In this document: in pieces, positions 16,168 to 22,357 of the stretch
Numbering within the stretch: the stretch's first letter is position 1
Layout: every line of letters starts with the position of its first letter
DNA from: a virus
Length of the DNA stretch: 47,309 bases
Virus record (IMG/VR): IMGVR_UViG_3300037467_000688
Direction: 5' to 3' (one strand)
Notes under the pieces: generated by a model
What the model was told of the DNA's origin: nothing
The model's database searches: none
What the model saw: the letters and a program-made list of their open reading frames with translations, nothing else
Translations under genes and position numbers: made by a program

Positions 16168-16427
16168 ATGTCCCATTTGGCACCACCCCGCCCTACTACC
16201 TAATGTGTGTTGATCCGGCACATTGTCAAGGCTGGCACGTTCCCGTGTCCGCCTCAATCCCTTAACTAAAGACAGTAACCAATTCATGAACCCCGTGGAC
16301 TTTCTGTGGCTTACGCAACACAGAAACCAAAACCTCCGGTGAACAACTCGCCATTGCATGAGAACGGAATAGGAACATCCGTGGCTCAATGCAAGAGGAA
16401 TTTTCCTGCCGAGCGTAAGGAAACTCC

Positions 16428-16709
16428 CTAGCAGTCCTCGTCGAGCGGCTCGAGCCAACCCTCGGGGTTAACCTGGGCGAGCTTGCCGCCACGGCACACG
16501 TAAACGTCTGGCTTCCGGTCCTCTTCCTCCGGGTCGAGCGGCACAACGCCTGCGCTCAGGATCGTGGTCCCGTTCACGGCGATCCGCCCCGTGGATGGGT
16601 TCTGCTGCGCCGCAGCGACGAAGGACTCCGCCGCGGCCGTCGCGGTGTCCGCATCCGAGGCATCGACGGCGAGCTTCAGGTAAACCGGAACTTCAACGAA
16701 GAAATGCAT
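16428..16709 (-). CDS. Hypothetical protein, 93 aa
   Basis: GGGAGGGG RBS; acidic C-terminus. Confidence 0.55.
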   Translation of the reverse strand: MHFFVEVPVYLKLAVDASDADTATAAAESFVAAAQQNPSTGRIAVNGTTILSAGVVPLDPEEEDRKPDVYVCRGGKLAQVNPEGWLEPLDEDC

Positions 16710-16719
16710 GGACCCCTCC

Positions 16720-16809
16720 CTAACCTGGATTGCTGCCGCCGGGGCGGCGAGTGAGCGCGGCCAGGATCATCACGAAGAAGAGCCCGACCCAGAACATAGT
16801 GAGAAGCAT
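16720..16809 (-). CDS. Possible 29-aa hydrophobic peptide
   Basis: MLLTMFWVGLFFVMILAALTRRPGGSNPG after GGGAGGG; fills the gap between neighbours. Confidence 0.3.
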   Translation of the reverse strand: MLLTMFWVGLFFVMILAALTRRPGGSNPG

Positions 16810-16813
16810 CAGT

Positions 16814-17005
16814 TTATCCCTCCCGGTCCCGAAGGGCCTTGGCTGCGATGCAGAAGACAAGGCAGCCGCCCGACGTGATGCGGAGCGCCATGCTGCCTTC
16901 GGCGACGACGGCCGCCACGAGGTACGCCAGGTGAGCGTGGTCGCCGGCGGTCTCGACACAGGCGCGGGCTTTGCCGGCGCAGCGCTGGAGCGCAATAACT
17001 CTCAC
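16814..17005 (-). CDS. Hypothetical Cys-containing protein, 63 aa
   Basis: GTG start 5 nt after AGGAGG, overlapping the upstream stop. Confidence 0.4.
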   Translation of the reverse strand: MRVIALQRCAGKARACVETAGDHAHLAYLVAAVVAEGSMALRITSGGCLVFCIAAKALRDREG

Positions 17006-17331
17006 ATCGGCCTCCTCAGTGCTTTGGTGATGTCGTCGATCACGTCCTCCGCGAAGACCTCGTCGGGGGCGCGCATGATCCGGTAGATTTCCCGCCCGTC
17101 GACCCGCACGGAGGCGAGGAAGGGGTAGGAGCCGTCGCCGCATGCGCTGGCCTGGATGGACACGCGAGCGCGGTCCTCCTTGGGGTAGCCGCGGGCCAAG
17201 AGCTTGGTTCGGAGGAGAAGCTCGGCGGTTCCGCATGTCGGACAGCGGCACCTGAAGGGCTCGCAGACGTCGGCCCCGCCGGGCACGTCAGCGGCCCGCT
17301 CGGCTTCTATGCGGCGCTTGGGATCATTCAT
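17002..17331 (-). CDS. Hypothetical protein with a Cys cluster, 109 aa
   Basis: CEPFRCRCPTCG near the N-terminus; ATGA overlap upstream. Confidence 0.55.
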   Translation of the reverse strand: MNDPKRRIEAERAADVPGGADVCEPFRCRCPTCGTAELLLRTKLLARGYPKEDRARVSIQASACGDGSYPFLASVRVDGREIYRIMRAPDEVFAEDVIDDITKALRRPM

Positions 17332-17507
17332 CGCTTCGTTCTCCTCAGCTTGCCGAACCGGGGAAGCTCAGCCTCCCCGTTCTCGTCGGCGAAGTCGTAG
17401 CCCTTGCGCCACTCCTCGCAGAGGTCGGCACCGTAGGGGCACGCGGTGTGTCCGCGTGTTGCATCGTGGTAGCCTTGGGTGAAGGCGGGGTGGTGCGCGG
17501 CCTTCAT
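17328..17507 (-). CDS. Hypothetical protein, 59 aa
   Basis: MKAAHHPAFTQGYHDATRGHTACPYGADLCEEW...; ATGA overlap with the TrxR-like stop. Confidence 0.5.
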   Translation of the reverse strand: MKAAHHPAFTQGYHDATRGHTACPYGADLCEEWRKGYDFADENGEAELPRFGKLRRTKR

Positions 17508-18454
17508 GCTGCCGCCTCCTGGGACGCCGGCGGGAACAGGAACCGCCACACCCACTTGATGACGCTCGAGCCCTCGCCGACCGCGTTGGCGACGCGCTTG
17601 ACCGAGCCAGAGCGGATGTCGCCGACCGCGAAGAGGCCGGGCCGTTCGGTCTGGTAGAAGTCGTCGGTCTTGACGAAGCCGTGGCCGTCGACCGAGCAGA
17701 CGGTCGAAAGGAACGGGGCATTGGGTAGCGCGCCGATCATCACGTACACGTCGGTCACGTTGGGGAGCTCGAAGCTCTGCCCGTTGCGGGTGTCGCGGAG
17801 CGTGACGCCACCGACCCACTCGTCGCCGTGGATAGTCTCCACCTCGGCCTCGAAGTGGAGCAGGATGTTTGGCTGCTCGTAGATGCGTTCGAGCAGATAG
17901 GCGCTCATGGTGTCCTTGATGGTCGGCTTACGGACGACCAGATGGACCCGCTTGGCGTGCTGCGAGAGATACATCGCCGCCTGACCCGCGCTGTTGGCGC
18001 CGCCGATGACGACGACCTCCTTGCACTTGCAGTGGTCGGCGACCTCCTGCGGCGTGGCGGAATAGTGGACGCCCTTGCCCTCCAACTCCGGCGCGCGGGT
18101 GGACGGGTCAAGGCGCCGATAGTGGGCGCCGCTGGCGATCACGACCGACTTGGCAACTAGGGTCTCGCCGTGTTTCGTCCGGATGCGGTAGAGCCCGCCC
18201 GCCTCTTCGAGGAGAGAACAGGCGCACTCCTTGAACTCCGCCCCGAGGCGGAGCGCTTGGGCCTTCGCGCGGTCGGTCAGATCGGGACCGGAGACGCCTG
18301 TGGGGAAGCCCAACAGGTTCTCAATCAGGCTGGACGTGCCCGCCTGTCCGCCGACGCTCTCGCAGAGGACGACCGTCTTGAGGCCTTCAGCGGCCGCGTT
18401 GATGGCCGCAGCGAGGCCAGCCGGGCCGCCGCCGATGATGGCGACGTCATACAT
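17504..18454 (-). CDS. Thioredoxin-reductase-fold FAD/NAD(P)H oxidoreductase lacking the canonical CxxC
   Basis: MYDVAIIGGGPAGLAAA, VVVIGGANSAGQAA, GLFAVGDIR; the region aligned by eye to TrxB CATC reads HYSATPQEVADHCKCK. Confidence 0.8.
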   Translation of the reverse strand: MYDVAIIGGGPAGLAAAINAAAEGLKTVVLCESVGGQAGTSSLIENLLGFPTGVSGPDLTDRAKAQALRLGAEFKECACSLLEEAGGLYRIRTKHGETLVAKSVVIASGAHYRRLDPSTRAPELEGKGVHYSATPQEVADHCKCKEVVVIGGANSAGQAAMYLSQHAKRVHLVVRKPTIKDTMSAYLLERIYEQPNILLHFEAEVETIHGDEWVGGVTLRDTRNGQSFELPNVTDVYVMIGALPNAPFLSTVCSVDGHGFVKTDDFYQTERPGLFAVGDIRSGSVKRVANAVGEGSSVIKWVWRFLFPPASQEAAA

Positions 18455-18650
18455 TGCAGCCCCCTTGAACGATCTTCCAAAGAGCCATGCTGGTGAGCCG
18501 CCTGGCGTCGAGCGGATCGAGCGGACAGGCCCCACGTTGAGGCCACGGACAGGCGTCCGTAAGGTCCCGCATCGTGCGCTCGATGGCTCGGGCGATCCGA
18601 CACACGGCTTCGTCGCGCGCCTTGTCCGGCACGCTGATCTTGGGATGCAC
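18447..18650 (-). CDS. Hypothetical Cys-containing protein, 67 aa
   Basis: GTG start 6 nt after AGGAGG; ACPWPQRGAC; stop overlaps the TrxR-like ATG. Confidence 0.45.
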   Translation of the reverse strand: MHPKISVPDKARDEAVCRIARAIERTMRDLTDACPWPQRGACPLDPLDARRLTSMALWKIVQGGCNV

Positions 18651-18663
18651 GGCGCACCTCCTG

Positions 18664-18831
18664 TCAGTTGATGGGGCAGCTATCGGGGCAGTAGGGTTCG
18701 AGTTGATCAGGCCGGAACGTGGTTTGGCCGGAGCCTCGCTTGACGAGGACGGTGTCAGACGACGAGGCAACAATCTCGACTTGCTCGAACGAGCCGCGCA
18801 CGAGAGCGAGAGAGCCGGGAGCGAACGTCAT
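18664..18831 (-). CDS. Hypothetical protein, 55 aa
   Basis: MTFAPGSLALV start, ATGA overlap upstream; C-terminal YCPDSCP. Confidence 0.5.
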   Translation of the reverse strand: MTFAPGSLALVRGSFEQVEIVASSSDTVLVKRGSGQTTFRPDQLEPYCPDSCPIN

Positions 18832-19055
18832 ATCCGCACCCCGTCTTCCTGCATGGCGAGAGCGATGCCCTCGCCGTAGCGCCATTCAACGGCGCGGGTT
18901 TTGCCGAGCCGCTGAGCGTGCGGGATGTGGTCGTCCATCCAGTCCTCGCCGGCCGTAGTGGTCGGCGTGAAGGTCCAGAGGGTCCCTTGATTGACGACGA
19001 TGACGTCGAGGGGCGTCTCGTCGGGTTCGAGGATGAAGGTGCGGAGATTAGGCAT
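18828..19055 (-). CDS. Hypothetical protein, 75 aa
   Basis: MPNLRTFILEPDE start overlapping the upstream stop (ATGCCTAA). Confidence 0.5.
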   Translation of the reverse strand: MPNLRTFILEPDETPLDVIVVNQGTLWTFTPTTTAGEDWMDDHIPHAQRLGKTRAVEWRYGEGIALAMQEDGVRI

Positions 19056-19206
19056 CGGCGTCTTCCACCGTTCGGTCGGTGACGGCGACGAAGTAGTCGT
19101 CAGGGTTCTCGCTGTTGAGGAAGACGCTCTCGGCCTCATCCTCGGTCTCAATCTCAGGATCGTCGATCAGATACTCGACAGTTTCGGTTATCAGGAACCG
19201 TGCCAT
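19048..19206 (-). CDS. Very acidic 52-aa early protein (DNA-mimic candidate)
   Basis: MARFLITETVEYLIDDPEIETEDEAESVFLNSENPDDYFVAVTDRTVEDADA after AAGGAGGA; hand count 17 Asp/Glu versus 2 Arg. Confidence 0.55.
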   Translation of the reverse strand: MARFLITETVEYLIDDPEIETEDEAESVFLNSENPDDYFVAVTDRTVEDADA

Positions 19207-19300
19207 GCGATCCTCCTTGTGGAATGGGGTTGGCCGACTTTCGGGTGCCGCCGGTCGGCCAGCGACGGGCGCGGGGAGGGGAAATACCCGCGCTGTTGCG

Positions 19301-19540
19301 TTAGGCTGCCGGGCGAAGAGGCTCCGGCTCGGCGTCCCACGCGGCTCCTGACCTTCCGGCCCAGAAGAGTTCAATCAGTTCCCGGACGGGCTCGCCGCGG
19401 TTGTAGGCGTCCAGTTCTGCGGCGGCTTCACGCGCTAGCTCAAGCGCCTTGTGGCGGGCTTCATGGGTGAAGTTCGGGGCGTCTGCGACGCGCTCGAAGT
19501 GGCGCCGTGCGGCGTCCAGAAGGGTTTCGTAGGGGATCAT
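19301..19540 (-). CDS. Hypothetical protein, 79 aa
   Basis: Start MIPYETLLDAARRHF 7 nt after the GGCACGCTAAGGAG motif. Confidence 0.55.
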   Translation of the reverse strand: MIPYETLLDAARRHFERVADAPNFTHEARHKALELAREAAAELDAYNRGEPVRELIELFWAGRSGAAWDAEPEPLRPAA

Positions 19541-19545
19541 GTTGG

Positions 19546-19563
19546 GCTCCTTAGCGTGCCAAA
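19546..19563 (-). promoter_or_regulatory. GGCACGC motif, early subtype (minus strand TTTGGCACGCTAAGGAGC)
   Basis: Spans the stop of 19551..19922 and provides the AAGGAG RBS for 19301..19540. Confidence 0.4.
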
Positions 19564-19922
19564 TGATAGAGCGAGGTAACAGGAAGCCGGGCTTCACAAT
19601 CTGCACAATCCCGGTCGAACATGACTTGGTCGCGACCGTAGGCGACCTTACGGCGAGGAACGCGCCAAGAGGTAAGTTCAGCGCCGGCATCAGCCAGCCG
19701 CTCCACCTCTTCCGGAGTGAACCAGCGACGAGCTTCCTCCAAATCTGGAAACCCGCACACCCATTCGTTTAAGTCCCCACGATCCCATCGGCGAACGAAC
19801 CGAGGCTCTTCCCAGGGTGCGCGGTAGTCGTCACTAGAGTGGCGCCCCCGGAACGGAACGCCACAGGAGAACGCGCCGTCTCCGCGCGGCGTCTCGACCC
19901 GGTAAACCAAACGCTGTTCCAT
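19551..19922 (-). CDS. Hypothetical protein, 123 aa
   Basis: GGGAGGGGA RBS; Trp/Arg-rich with CADC near the C-terminus. Confidence 0.55.
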   Translation of the reverse strand: MEQRLVYRVETPRGDGAFSCGVPFRGRHSSDDYRAPWEEPRFVRRWDRGDLNEWVCGFPDLEEARRWFTPEEVERLADAGAELTSWRVPRRKVAYGRDQVMFDRDCADCEARLPVTSLYHLAR

Positions 19923-19940
19923 AGGTCCCCTCCCGGCTCG

Positions 19941-20126
19941 CTAGAAGCCGACTTGATTGAGGTCGTAGGCGACAGCGTCGAGGGCTTCCTGAAGCCTCTT
20001 CGCCTCTTCGTTACGGGCGGGCGTGGTGAGCGAGTGGCCGGCAGCGGCTTGCTTGGCGGCTTCATTGGCGACCAAAGCGGCCTCCTGAAGGCGAGCAACG
20101 CGGCTCGCGAGTGTCTCGTCAAACAT
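19941..20126 (-). CDS. Hypothetical helical protein, 61 aa
   Basis: ATG overlaps the upstream stop (ATGTTTGA). Confidence 0.5.
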   Translation of the reverse strand: MFDETLASRVARLQEAALVANEAAKQAAAGHSLTTPARNEEAKRLQEALDAVAYDLNQVGF

Positions 20127-20445
20127 GCAAACGTCCTCCTTCGAGTGTCACGAACTGTGCGGGGTCGAACTGTCCCCACGCATCCGAGTTAGGCCCATAA
20201 AGCTGCCCATCGCGCCCATCCCATTGGGCGATTGCGTCCTGATCTAGAGCGCGGGCGACCTCGTAGGCCGGAAAGGCGTTGAGCGGCCGCGTAAGCTCCG
20301 CAACGAGCGTCGGCTCGGTGTCCGACAGGAAGACGCGGCTGGCGATTAGCTGAGCCCCGCCGATTGCGCGGAGGACGGCTCGGGCGTGATCGGGGCGGAT
20401 CGAGCCGTGCCGTGAGGCGAGCCCGATGTTGACTAGAGCCGGCAT
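20119..20445 (-). CDS. Hypothetical protein, 108 aa
   Basis: Overlaps the upstream ORF by 13 nt; natural composition. Confidence 0.55.
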   Translation of the reverse strand: MPALVNIGLASRHGSIRPDHARAVLRAIGGAQLIASRVFLSDTEPTLVAELTRPLNAFPAYEVARALDQDAIAQWDGRDGQLYGPNSDAWGQFDPAQFVTLEGGRLHV

Positions 20446-20603
20446 CGCGAGGCCTCCGTGAGTTTGTCCACGGGGACGACGATCTCTTCGCCATAGGAGA
20501 GATAACAGTGGACCCCGTCATCAGCCACGAACTTAACCGCGAGGATCGCGCCCTCTAGGAGAGGCCCGAAGTCCTCGGCTAATTGGACATACCGTTTGGT
20601 CAT
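20433..20603 (-). CDS. Hypothetical protein, 56 aa
   Basis: Hand-translated MTKRYVQLAEDFGPLLEGAILAVKFVADDGVHCYLSYGEEIVVPVDKLTEASRCRL; starts 3 nt after the upstream stop. Confidence 0.5.
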   Translation of the reverse strand: MTKRYVQLAEDFGPLLEGAILAVKFVADDGVHCYLSYGEEIVVPVDKLTEASRCRL

Positions 20604-20606
20604 GGG

Positions 20607-20831
20607 CTAAGCCCTCCGCTTAGGAAGCGACGCAAGCGTACGATCCAACGGCAATTCCTGATCGACCGTGCCGTCGTGTCGTCGAGTTCGATAGACGAGC
20701 AGAGCGTCGGGCATTGCGGCGATCCAATGATCCATTGCGCGCTCCTGGGAGCTCTTGGAGAGGCACGCCGAGAGCAAGAGAGCACCGGCGCCGGGCCTCA
20801 AATGCCACACCTGATAGCGACCGAGTTTCAT
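20607..20831 (-). CDS. Hypothetical protein, 74 aa
   Basis: ATG 9 nt after the GGCACGCTAAGGAG motif. Confidence 0.5.
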   Translation of the reverse strand: MKLGRYQVWHLRPGAGALLLSACLSKSSQERAMDHWIAAMPDALLVYRTRRHDGTVDQELPLDRTLASLPKRRA

Positions 20832-20838
20832 GTGCCTA

Positions 20839-20856
20839 GCTCCTTAGCGTGCCTAT
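20839..20856 (-). promoter_or_regulatory. GGCACGC motif, early subtype (minus strand ATAGGCACGCTAAGGAGC)
   Basis: Intergenic between 20853..21074 and 20607..20831. Confidence 0.4.
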
Positions 20857-21074
20857 CGAGCCTGATACGGCTCCCGATGGAGCGCCCAAGCGACCAGCAA
20901 GACGCCAGCCGTAACGGCCAGCCCCGCGAACCCCGTTGTCTCGCCCCAAAGGCCGACAAAGCCGATAGCGACGAGGCAGAGGCCGGCGCCGGTCAAGAGG
21001 ACGCCGATTAGGACGTCATAGGCGGACCAGCGGTCGTGGTCCGCGAGGATCGCTTCCAGTTCATCATGGCTCAT
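20853..21074 (-). CDS. Small membrane protein, 73 aa, two TM segments
   Basis: VLIGVLLTGAGLCLVAIGFVGLW and FAGLAVTAGVLLVAWAL; TAATG junction upstream. Confidence 0.55.
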   Translation of the reverse strand: MSHDELEAILADHDRWSAYDVLIGVLLTGAGLCLVAIGFVGLWGETTGFAGLAVTAGVLLVAWALHREPYQAR

Positions 21075-21086
21075 TAGCGTGCCTTT
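21068..21086 (-). promoter_or_regulatory. GGCACGC motif, degenerate (minus strand AAAGGCACGCTAATGAGCC)
   Basis: Overlaps a TAATG stop/start junction; could be a coding coincidence. Confidence 0.2.
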
Positions 21087-21241
21087 CGGTCTTTTGGAGG
21101 CAAAACGCGGATCAGCTTCTCCAGCTTCGGGTTTCCCTCGAACGTGCCGTTGCGGATTGCTTCGGCGCGCTTGCGGGTCTTCTCGATGATCCAGGCGCGA
21201 TACTCTTCTTCGCCCATCCGGCGAGGGTCCTTGTCGGCCAT
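21074..21241 (-). CDS. Hypothetical basic protein, 55 aa
   Basis: Hand-translated MADKDPRRMGEEEYRAWIIEKTRKRAEAIRNGTFEGNPKLEKLIRVLPPKDRKAR; preceded by the conserved 28-nt leader with GGGAGG. Confidence 0.5.
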   Translation of the reverse strand: MADKDPRRMGEEEYRAWIIEKTRKRAEAIRNGTFEGNPKLEKLIRVLPPKDRKAR

Positions 21242-21244
21242 GAT

Positions 21245-21272
21245 GGCCTCCCTATGGTTGCGTGAGGGGCGG
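21245..21272 (-). repeat. Conserved 28-nt gene leader, copy 1
   Basis: ggcctccctatggttgcgtgaggggcgg versus ggcctccttagggttgcttgaggggcgg (21403-21430): 25/28 identical; each ends at an ATG on the minus strand. Confidence 0.8.
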
Positions 21273-21279
21273 GGTGGCC

Positions 21280-21399
21280 TTACTTGTTGGCCGGATTGTT
21301 CGGATGGTTCCGCCAGACCTTCTTAGCGAGCTTCACGATCTTCGCGTCGAGCGCCTGAAGGTCGCGCTTCTCGCTTTCGGTGAGCTTCGTGGGGTCCAT
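21280..21399 (-). CDS. Hypothetical micro-protein, 39 aa (first gene after the ORF-free leader)
   Basis: Hand-translated MDPTKLTESEKRDLQALDAKIVKLAKKVWRNHPNNPANK; preceded by the conserved 28-nt leader with AAGGAGG. Confidence 0.45.
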   Translation of the reverse strand: MDPTKLTESEKRDLQALDAKIVKLAKKVWRNHPNNPANK

Positions 21400-21402
21400 A
21401 GC

Positions 21403-21430
21403 GGCCTCCTTAGGGTTGCTTGAGGGGCGG
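21403..21430 (-). repeat. Conserved 28-nt gene leader, copy 2
   Basis: See copy 1; the minus strand reads CCGCCCCTCAAGCAACCCTAAGGAGGCC followed by gct and the ATG. Confidence 0.8.
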
Positions 21431-21548
21431 CATGGGCACGTGCTCGTTTTCATCCATGCTTTAGTGGAGCGCTATTCCACATTCCTCACGGCAAGCGCCC
21501 CTCAAGGAACCCTAGCGCGGCCCATAGGCTTGCTATTGCCGTACCGCG

Positions 21549-21567
21549 CTCGGTTTCCCTTGTGTGG
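21549..21567. repeat. 19-nt exact inverted repeat, arm A (partner 47140-47158)
   Basis: Plus strand ctcggtttcccttgtgtgg here; plus strand ccacacaagggaaaccgag at 47140-47158. Confidence 0.9.
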
Positions 21568-21927
21568 TCGCAAGGCTCTTGGCGAACCCCACGGCGGTCA
21601 CAGTCTCCCCGAGCCTTTGGCACGTTGAGGGCTTCCGCTACGTGCGACACCCTACAGCCCGTAGGCGGTGCCGTCTGTTACTCCCGGTCGCATGGTAGGT
21701 GCCGCTGCATCGCTCGCCCTGTTTGGACCTTGCGGGCGGACAGTCTCCACCCTTCCCGGTCAGGCGCTATCGCAGCGGGCCTTGCCATACAGGAGGCCGC
21801 ACGGTGGCCCTTGGCTTTCCCAAGGCGGACCACGACCTTGCATCGCTTCTCCCGAAGGAGAGTAGGGGCGGCGATGAAGCCCCACATTTCGTTCGTTCCT
21901 TATGAACCCGACACTGTAGCGTGTCAA

Positions 21928-21946
21928 GCGCCTTAGCGTGCCTTCC
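21928..21946 (-). promoter_or_regulatory. GGCACGC motif, early subtype (minus strand GGAAGGCACGCTAAGGCGC), followed by TTGACACGCTACAG
   Basis: Inside the ORF-free region, same orientation as all the other copies. Confidence 0.35.
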
Positions 21947-22100
21947 TTGGGGAGCCTAGTGAGGCGTCTAGGAGCGGCTGTTGGCACGGTGGCCGGTTGC
22001 CTGTTGCTCCCTTCGCGCTCGCCGTATCGGCCAGCCTTTGGAGGGCTTCGCTCTGGAGCCGTTCGCCTAGCGTCGGGTTCTCCGGAACGCCACCCTTCTA

Positions 22101-22123
22101 GGCTCGTTAGCGTGCCATGTCAA
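22101..22123 (-). promoter_or_regulatory. TTGACA hexamer fused to a GGCACGC motif (minus strand TTGACATGGCACGCTAACGAGCC, then TAGAAG)
   Basis: TTGACA-N17-TAGAAG is a sigma70-like layout; inside the ORF-free region. Confidence 0.35.
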
Positions 22124-22155
22124 ATGTCGCAGTTTTCGGCCACTTTTGGGGCGCT

Positions 22156-22177
22156 GCATGGGTTCCGCATGGGTTCC
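22156..22177. repeat. Perfect tandem duplication gcatgggttcc x2
   Basis: Read directly at 22156-22166 and 22167-22177. Confidence 0.9.
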
Positions 22178-22357
22178 TGAGGGGCGCTGGATGTCACCTA
22201 TAGGTTACAGAAAGGGGCAGAGACACGACAGGCACGCGCCGCGCAGCACCAAGAGCCCTCACGCCCCACATACGCACGTCCACGCGGCCAAATAGCCCCC
22301 CACGGCACAGTTTGTGCCACCGCATCGGCGAAAGAGCGCCCCTCGCGGCCCCTATGT

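Noticed and set aside
21562-21987. Track ORFs inside the ORF-free region: 21380..21628 +, 21562..21936 +, 21668..21865 +, 21678..21887 -, 21760..21987 -, 21938..22180 +.
   Set aside because: They overlap one another in several frames, are Arg/Pro/Gly/Ser-rich, and lack SD sequences and start-stop coupling. None resembles a known fold motif.
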